Shown one piece after another: positions 58,438-64,000 of a DNA stretch of 64,000 bases (position 1 is the stretch's first letter; each line of letters begins with the position of its first letter). A program made the translations under genes and the position numbers. Source of the stretch: an uncultured Paludibacter sp. (GTDB lineage: Bacteria; Bacteroidota; Bacteroidia; Bacteroidales; Paludibacteraceae); the NCBI GenBank assembly GCA_964346125.1, contig CAYFTO010000001.1, positions 193 through 64,192 on the forward strand, given 5' to 3'. The notes under the pieces were generated by a model. The model saw only the letters and a list, made by a program, of their open reading frames with translations, did not search any database and was not told where the DNA came from.

Positions 58438-58788
58438 TTATCCTTCCAACTTGATTGACACACTCTCAACCGCTCCACCTAATGGCGGATTTAGTTTAGA
58501 AAGTTCAACTTTTAGTTGCTTAATTTGTGGAAAACTTTCTTTGACTGATGAAAAAATGCGCTGTATCACATGCTCCAACAAGTTGGATGGTATCTCCATT
58601 TCACGTTTTACAACATCATATACTTCTTGGTAATTAAGCGTATCGTCTAAATTATCGCTTTGTTGCGCTAAATCCGTATTAAGCACCATGCTCAGATTTA
58701 CGATAAAAATATTACCAAGTTCTTTTTCAAAATCAAAATAACCGTGATAAGCGTGAAATCGCATCTCATTAAGAGTAATTGTCGTCAT
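58438..58788 (-). CDS. folB: Dihydroneopterin aldolase
   Basis: 116 aa. The FHAYHGYFDFEKELGN pattern and the protein size are typical of FolB. Confidence 0.8.
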   Translation of the reverse strand: MTTITLNEMRFHAYHGYFDFEKELGNIFIVNLSMVLNTDLAQQSDNLDDTLNYQEVYDVVKREMEIPSNLLEHVIQRIFSSVKESFPQIKQLKVELSKLNPPLGGAVESVSIKLEG

Positions 58789-58878
58789 ATTTTTACTTTT
58801 TTATTATACTATTTTAAAAACAAGAAATTTCAAATGGATAAAATCCTTTTGTGTTTTAATACTTCCTATTAGTTTTAA

Positions 58879-59826
58879 TTATTTTTTTTCAAATACAAAT
58901 TCTTGACTGTTAGGAAAGAAATATACTCTATCAAAACGTTTAAAAAATTGTACTGTTAACTTTGAAGCAATATCGCTTTTAGTTGATATTTGATTTTGTA
59001 AACTAACAAAATCATCGAATTCATGGCCATTTACACTGAGTGAAGGGAATGTAAATAAAGATTTATTATTTTCGCTATCGAGCGTATCTAAAAGCTCATG
59101 AAATCCATCCTCTTTGTGGGGATAATTAGGAATACTATCGGTTTGAGGATTGTTATTTAGAATTAAATCAGCAAAATAAAGTTGATTGTTTATTTCAACA
59201 CTTGGATTAATCCCAGTATCAAATAAAATATCTGTATCGTATTTTTGATCCAAACGCAGATTAAAATACACAAGTTTACTTAGCTCTGAATCATAATGAA
59301 ATATCAATTGGTTCTTTTTTGAATACTTAAATTTTCGTCTTGAAAATTCTATTTTATTGTTTTTCAAATCAAAAAGCCAATTATACTTGTTCAATATATC
59401 CAAACCAATTCTTCCATCAACAGTGCTATCTATATCATCCAACTCGCTGTAATAAAAGGAGTGAGTTAGTCCCTTTTTACCTAATGAAAACACGATATCT
59501 TCTGTTGAAACATATTTAATTACCGTATCTATTGGATTAGTTTTCAATATATCGACTTCTCTTTTTCTTAATTGCAAATCCAGTTTGGTCTTCAAACTTT
59601 CACTAATAGTAGATATTTCTGAACCCGTATCCACAATAAATGTATAAGTTTCTCCATCAATCAAAACGGGTACATTTATTTGAGATGATGCAGATTTCAT
59701 ACTATCATCCAGCTTGACAGTATGTATTTTTCGCATTTCTACTATTCTATGAAGGAATTTAAAAGTAATAATAAGCATCGCAAGTAGCGATATAGAGAAT
59801 AAAATTATAGCTAATTTATTTCGCAT
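58879..59826 (-). CDS. Membrane-anchored two-lobed retropepsin-like aspartic protease
   Basis: 315 aa. N-terminal transmembrane helix. The first lobe has FIVDTGSEISTIS ... GRIGLDILNKY, and the second lobe has ILFDTGINPS ... LTVQFFKRF. Confidence 0.6.
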   Translation of the reverse strand: MRNKLAIILFSISLLAMLIITFKFLHRIVEMRKIHTVKLDDSMKSASSQINVPVLIDGETYTFIVDTGSEISTISESLKTKLDLQLRKREVDILKTNPIDTVIKYVSTEDIVFSLGKKGLTHSFYYSELDDIDSTVDGRIGLDILNKYNWLFDLKNNKIEFSRRKFKYSKKNQLIFHYDSELSKLVYFNLRLDQKYDTDILFDTGINPSVEINNQLYFADLILNNNPQTDSIPNYPHKEDGFHELLDTLDSENNKSLFTFPSLSVNGHEFDDFVSLQNQISTKSDIASKLTVQFFKRFDRVYFFPNSQEFVFEKK

Positions 59827-60097
59827 AGTAAGTTTGTTATTTGTTTAAAAAATAAAAGCACTAAGATAATGATAATAGTTTGAATCGCACGGAATCCTTT
59901 TACTATTTATTATATTAATCATTAGGGAAGAGCTTATGAAAAAGATTAATAGATGAATGAAAAGTTATAAAGTAAAAAAAATTGCTTTTATATTAGATAT
60001 AAGATATTAAGAATCTGAAATAGGGATTCAGAGGCATTCTAAGATAAATAAAAACCCCTATCTTTGTAATTCTAAACAAATAAAAGCTCAACAGAAA

Positions 60098-61180
60098 ATG
60101 AAAATTATTATAGATAAACATATTCCTCATATCCAAGGAGCTTTGGAGAGCTTTGCCGATGTGGAGTATTTGGCTTATGCAGAAATGACGCCCCATGTAG
60201 TGAAAAATGCAGATGCACTAATTATTCGCACGCGCACCATTTGTAATCGTGAGTTATTGGAGGGGTCGAAAGTGAAGTTTATCGCTACTGCTACAATTGG
60301 TTATGATCATATAGACACTGATTATTGTGATAAAAATGGTATCAAATGGACCAACGCACCCGGTTGCAACGCACTCTCCGTAACGCAATACATGGCTTCG
60401 ACTTTAATTTATTTAGCTCGTAAACATAGCTTTAATTTGAGCGACAAAACAATTGGGATTGTGGGTGTGGGAGAAGTTGGAAAGCGTATTGCTAAATTAT
60501 CAAAGGCGTTCGGAATGAAAACCTTATTGAACGATCCACCTCGTGCACGCCAAGAAGAGAACAATGATTTCGTGTCATTGCAAACAATTGTAGAACAGGC
60601 AGACATTATTGCATTCCACCCATTTTTACATTTAGAAGGAGAGGATAAATCGTACCACTTAGCGGATAAGTCATTTTTCGATTCACTTGCTCGTAAAGCA
60701 ATCATAATCAATGCATCCCGTGGGGAGGTAATCGATAATCAAGCATTGAAAAATGCCATTAAGAACAAGCAAGTTGCAGATGTAGTATTGGATACTTGGG
60801 AAAACGAACCAAACCTTGACTTAGAACTTTTAGAATTGGTAGAATTGGGGACACCTCATATTGCAGGTTATTCGGCCGACGGAAAAGCAAATGCAACCAT
60901 GCAAAGTGTTCAATCATTGAGTCGATTTTTTAATCTGGGAATAGATAATTGGCAAACTGCAACATTAGCCAATGGGATAGATAAAGATTTTTCACTGCAT
61001 AGCATAGAAGACTTCCTACTTGAAACTTACGACATAGAAGTCGATAGCAAACGACTGAAAGAGTCACCAGAAACGTTTGAAAAACAGCGTTCCGATTACC
61101 CTTTCCGCCGCGAACCAAAAGCATATATTGGCAAACTTCCGAAAGACTTTGAAGCTAAGTTTGGTCTGTTTTTTGAATAG
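60098..61180 (+). CDS. pdxB: 4-phosphoerythronate dehydrogenase
   Basis: 360 aa. D-2-hydroxyacid dehydrogenase fold (GIVGVGEVG) with the PdxB-type N-terminus MKIIIDKHIP and a C-terminal dimerisation domain. A TATCTTTG -7 motif lies at 60059-60066. Confidence 0.8.
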   Translation: MKIIIDKHIPHIQGALESFADVEYLAYAEMTPHVVKNADALIIRTRTICNRELLEGSKVKFIATATIGYDHIDTDYCDKNGIKWTNAPGCNALSVTQYMASTLIYLARKHSFNLSDKTIGIVGVGEVGKRIAKLSKAFGMKTLLNDPPRARQEENNDFVSLQTIVEQADIIAFHPFLHLEGEDKSYHLADKSFFDSLARKAIIINASRGEVIDNQALKNAIKNKQVADVVLDTWENEPNLDLELLELVELGTPHIAGYSADGKANATMQSVQSLSRFFNLGIDNWQTATLANGIDKDFSLHSIEDFLLETYDIEVDSKRLKESPETFEKQRSDYPFRREPKAYIGKLPKDFEAKFGLFFE

Positions 61181-61267
61181 TAGGCATATTTAATCATACA
61201 AATTTCTTTTAGCTTATTAATTTTGACTCGTCTTATAACGACCAAAAGAATACACATAATAAAGTGA

Positions 61268-62683
61268 ATGATTTTTATGAAAACTAAACTACATATCATC
61301 TTTTTCCTCTTGCTTGGATTTTACTTGCAAGCTCAAAATCCTATTGATAAATTTATCAATAACACTTTGCATCAAAATTCAAATATTTCTATTTTAATAA
61401 GTGATACTAAGACAGGGAAAGAGATAGCAAGTCATCGACCAAAGCATCTTGCGATTCCCGCTTCAAGCATGAAGCTAATAACAACAGCCACAGCATTAGA
61501 GATTTTAGGAAAAGATTATCGTTTCACTACTCAATTATCCATCGATGGAACAATCAATAGCGAAGGGGTTTTAGTAGGTAACATCATTATTTATGGAAAC
61601 GGTGACCCCACCTTAGGTTCTGCAAAATTGGGTAATATCTACTTTTTAGACGAATGGCTCAAAGTTGTTCAGTCATTAGGGATAAAACAGATTAAAGGAA
61701 ATATCATAGCTGATGCAAGTGCTTACGACACAGAGGGTATAAATCCCAAATGGCTTTGGGAAGATATGGGAAACTATTATGCCGCAGGCGCTTATGGCAT
61801 TTCGTACAAAGACAATACCTATCACTTACAATTCAAATCAGGAGCAATAGGAACTACGCCAGAAATTATATCCGTCACTCCTAACATTCCTGAATTGCAG
61901 TTTTCAAACTATTTGAAAGCAGCAAGCATAAATTATGACAACGCCTATATTTACGGAGCACCCTATTCATACGAACGTGCCATTTATGGAGAAATTCCTG
62001 CTAATCGAAATAGTTTTACTGTCAAAGGCGATATACCTAATCCCGCACTAATTTTGGCTCGCGATTTTGCATGGAAATTAAAGTCAAATAATATAGAAAT
62101 TCATGGAAAAGCAGTTGCAGAAAAAGTAAAGGAGCGTGGAAAAGTAATTCATACCCAAGAATCGCCACCTTTAAGTGCAATTATTCGAGAAATCAATGTA
62201 GTCAGCAACAACCATTATGCAGAGCATCTATTTCGCCATTTAGCATTACAAACTGAAAAAACAGCTTCGACAGAAGCTGCCCTAAAAGTTATTCAAGAGT
62301 TTTGGAAATCAAAAGGACTGCCTGTTGAGCAATTAATCATGAGAGATGGCTCAGGTTTATCCCCTACAAATGCAGTATCAGCTCAATTTTATATCGCTCT
62401 ATTGAACTATATGAAATCATCGGCAAATTATCAAACATTTTATACCTCACTTCCATTAGCCGGTAAAGAGGGAACTTTATCTAATTTTTTGAAGGGTACA
62501 AGTTTAGAAAGGAAAGTGAAAGCCAAAAGCGGCACTCTCAGTGACGTGCGTTCTTATGCAGGGTATATCGAACTCAATAACAGAAGCTATAGTTTTGCTA
62601 TTATAGTAAATTATCCAAACGCAAATAGCTTATCACCTACAACAAAAAAAATAGAACAACTGCTAATTGAAGCTACAAAATGA
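61268..62683 (+). CDS. dacB: D-alanyl-D-alanine carboxypeptidase/endopeptidase (PBP4, S13 family)
   Basis: 471 aa with a signal peptide. PASSMKLITT (SxxK), SNN, and KSGT motifs. Confidence 0.85.
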   Translation: MIFMKTKLHIIFFLLLGFYLQAQNPIDKFINNTLHQNSNISILISDTKTGKEIASHRPKHLAIPASSMKLITTATALEILGKDYRFTTQLSIDGTINSEGVLVGNIIIYGNGDPTLGSAKLGNIYFLDEWLKVVQSLGIKQIKGNIIADASAYDTEGINPKWLWEDMGNYYAAGAYGISYKDNTYHLQFKSGAIGTTPEIISVTPNIPELQFSNYLKAASINYDNAYIYGAPYSYERAIYGEIPANRNSFTVKGDIPNPALILARDFAWKLKSNNIEIHGKAVAEKVKERGKVIHTQESPPLSAIIREINVVSNNHYAEHLFRHLALQTEKTASTEAALKVIQEFWKSKGLPVEQLIMRDGSGLSPTNAVSAQFYIALLNYMKSSANYQTFYTSLPLAGKEGTLSNFLKGTSLERKVKAKSGTLSDVRSYAGYIELNNRSYSFAIIVNYPNANSLSPTTKKIEQLLIEATK

Positions 62684-63426
62684 ATAATAGGCGATACCAT
62701 ATAAATGAGTGCGACTCAAGCAATATATTACTTAAAAGCATGAGTGTAAATAGCTCGTTAGAAGAATTTTTTATTGTATCTACAGATTTTCAAACAGCAG
62801 GTAAAGGACAAGTTGGAAACAGTTGGGAGAGCGAAAAAGCTAAAAACCTTCTATTTTCAGTTTTGCTATTTCCACATAAAATTGCAATTAAGGAGCAGTT
62901 TCTAATATCTCAAATCATCAGTTTGGCAATAAAGAATGTATTTGATAAATACGCTGAGGGATTTACTATAAAATGGCCAAATGATATTTATTGGAATAAT
63001 AAAAAGATTGGTGGAATTCTCATTGAAAATAGTTTGTTTAAAAACAGAATTCAGAAAAGTATTATAGGAATTGGCCTCAATATCAACCAAGAATTATTTT
63101 TATCCAATGCACCCAATCCTATTTCCCTAAAACAGATTAAAGCTAAGGAGCAAAATAGAGAGGAAATACTTGAAAAGATTATCATTGAATTTGAAAGCAT
63201 ATATACAAATATGCCTACAAGCACAATTCGTCAGCTATACGCCCATAATTTATACCGTAAAAATGGCTACCACAGCTACTTTGATGTAGAAAATAAGGAA
63301 GAGTTTACAGCAAAAATAGACCGAATAGAGAATGATGGAAGGTTAATATTAATAGATAAGGATAACACAGAGCGTGCTTTTTATTTTAAAGAGGTGGAAT
63401 ATATTTCTAAAGGAACTGAACTTTAA
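62680..63426 (+). CDS. birA: Biotin--[acetyl-CoA-carboxylase] ligase (no HTH domain)
   Basis: 248 aa. QTAGKGQVGNSWES (GRGRxGRxW-type) and KWPNDIY motifs. Its start overlaps the dacB stop by 4 nt. Confidence 0.8.
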   Translation: MNNRRYHINECDSSNILLKSMSVNSSLEEFFIVSTDFQTAGKGQVGNSWESEKAKNLLFSVLLFPHKIAIKEQFLISQIISLAIKNVFDKYAEGFTIKWPNDIYWNNKKIGGILIENSLFKNRIQKSIIGIGLNINQELFLSNAPNPISLKQIKAKEQNREEILEKIIIEFESIYTNMPTSTIRQLYAHNLYRKNGYHSYFDVENKEEFTAKIDRIENDGRLILIDKDNTERAFYFKEVEYISKGTEL

Positions 63427-63438
63427 AAGTATACAAAT

Positions 63439-63477
63439 AAAAAAACCTTGATAATCTTGCGACTATCAAGATTTTTT
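63439..63477 (+). terminator. Rho-independent terminator of birA
   Basis: CTTGATA (63447-63453) pairs with TATCAAG (63464-63470), followed by ATTTTTT. Confidence 0.7.
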
Positions 63478-63720
63478 ATCTGCTTTGTTACTTAGAGCGG
63501 CTAAGTAACAATGAAAATAAAAGCGGCTATGTAACAATGAACTAATATTAAGACAGTTGTAAGCTTGTAAGGACATATCAAAATTCAATATAATACAAAA
63601 CATACCCCTCAGTTAATATGCTGAAACAAAAACTATTCATAGTTTACCTGAGTTGAATCTATAGAATAATAAAATGTTTATCTTTGTAAAACCGCAAATT
63701 TTTAATTCGATGAAAATAAA

Positions 63721-64000
63721 ATGAATATGGAGCATCATTCTATCACAAATCTAAATCAAGCAATTAAAACACTAAAAAGTGCTATATTACAAAGTCGATA
63801 TCGTGCTGCAAAATTAGCTAACCGAGAAATGCTTTCTCTCTATTTTGGAATAGGAAAGTTTATATCAGAAAATAGTAGAAATAAGTTTTGGGGAACTGGA
63901 GCAATTGAAAATATTTCTTCAAGATTACAGCAGGAGTTGCCTGGTTTGCGTGGTTTTTCTCCTGTGAACATAAAGCGTATGAGACAGTTTTATGAAGAAT
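63721..64000 (+). CDS. DUF1016 / YhcG-family (PDDEXK nuclease-like) protein, N-terminal part (runs off the window end)
   Basis: Not in the ORF track because of the edge. Translation gives MNMEHHSITNLNQAIKTLKSAILQSRYRAAKLANREMLSLYFGIGKFISENSRNKFWGTGAIENISSRLQQELPGLRGFSPVNIKRMRQFYEE, which matches the conserved N-terminal domain of DUF1016 proteins. Confidence 0.75.
   Translation, partial: MNMEHHSITNLNQAIKTLKSAILQSRYRAAKLANREMLSLYFGIGKFISENSRNKFWGTGAIENISSRLQQELPGLRGFSPVNIKRMRQFYEE

Noticed and set aside
1-64000. Search for tRNA, rRNA, CRISPR arrays, and integrase or transposase genes
   Set aside because: Reading all intergenic gaps above about 80 bp on both strands, I found no cloverleaf-like GC-rich segments, no regularly spaced direct repeats and no recombinase-like ORFs.

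Overview
This is an AT-rich chromosomal segment with clear Bacteroidota (Bacteroidales-like) hallmarks. These include TAnnTTTG -7 promoter motifs about 20-60 nt upstream of many start codons, T9SS C-terminal sorting domains, a Ser-type sulfatase, a long-form IspG, and a small Hc1/histone-H1-like gene. I call about 50 protein-coding genes and found no tRNA, rRNA, CRISPR array, integrase or transposase.

Content falls into three groups:
- A dispersed host-glycan (N-glycan / O-GlcNAc / mucin-type) degradation set with no SusC/SusD: GH2 beta-mannosidase, Ser-type sulfatase, CBM9-like protein, two tandemly duplicated GH84 beta-N-acetylglucosaminidases, a giant GH2 beta-galactosidase-CBM32, and an S9 peptidase-CutC-GH20 hexosaminidase operon.
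- Housekeeping genes: a 4-subunit 2-oxoacid:ferredoxin oxidoreductase, acyl-CoA ligase, murF, ispG, asd, lptC, tatAC, plsC, folB, pdxB, dacB, birA and aguB.
- Envelope or secreted proteins: five FKBP-domain genes (four in one array), a T9SS-targeted endonuclease I fusion, lamin-tail-domain proteins, a TPM/zinc-ribbon membrane protein and a two-lobed retropepsin-like protease.

I do not see a recognisable new defence, toxin or mobile system. The most unusual structures visible in the sequence are:
1. A diverged ~160-185 bp inverted repeat pair that brackets an 11.8-kb, 10-gene block. Each copy sits directly after a stop codon.
2. A 2.4-kb tandem duplication of a GH84 gene together with its promoter. 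The upstream copy has lost one lectin-like module and the T9SS sorting domain.
3. A KilA-N gene with an in-frame TAA at codon 10.
4. A real 57-aa Hc1-like gene that is absent from the supplied ORF track.

All functional calls rest on motif and family recognition by eye. No database search was run.
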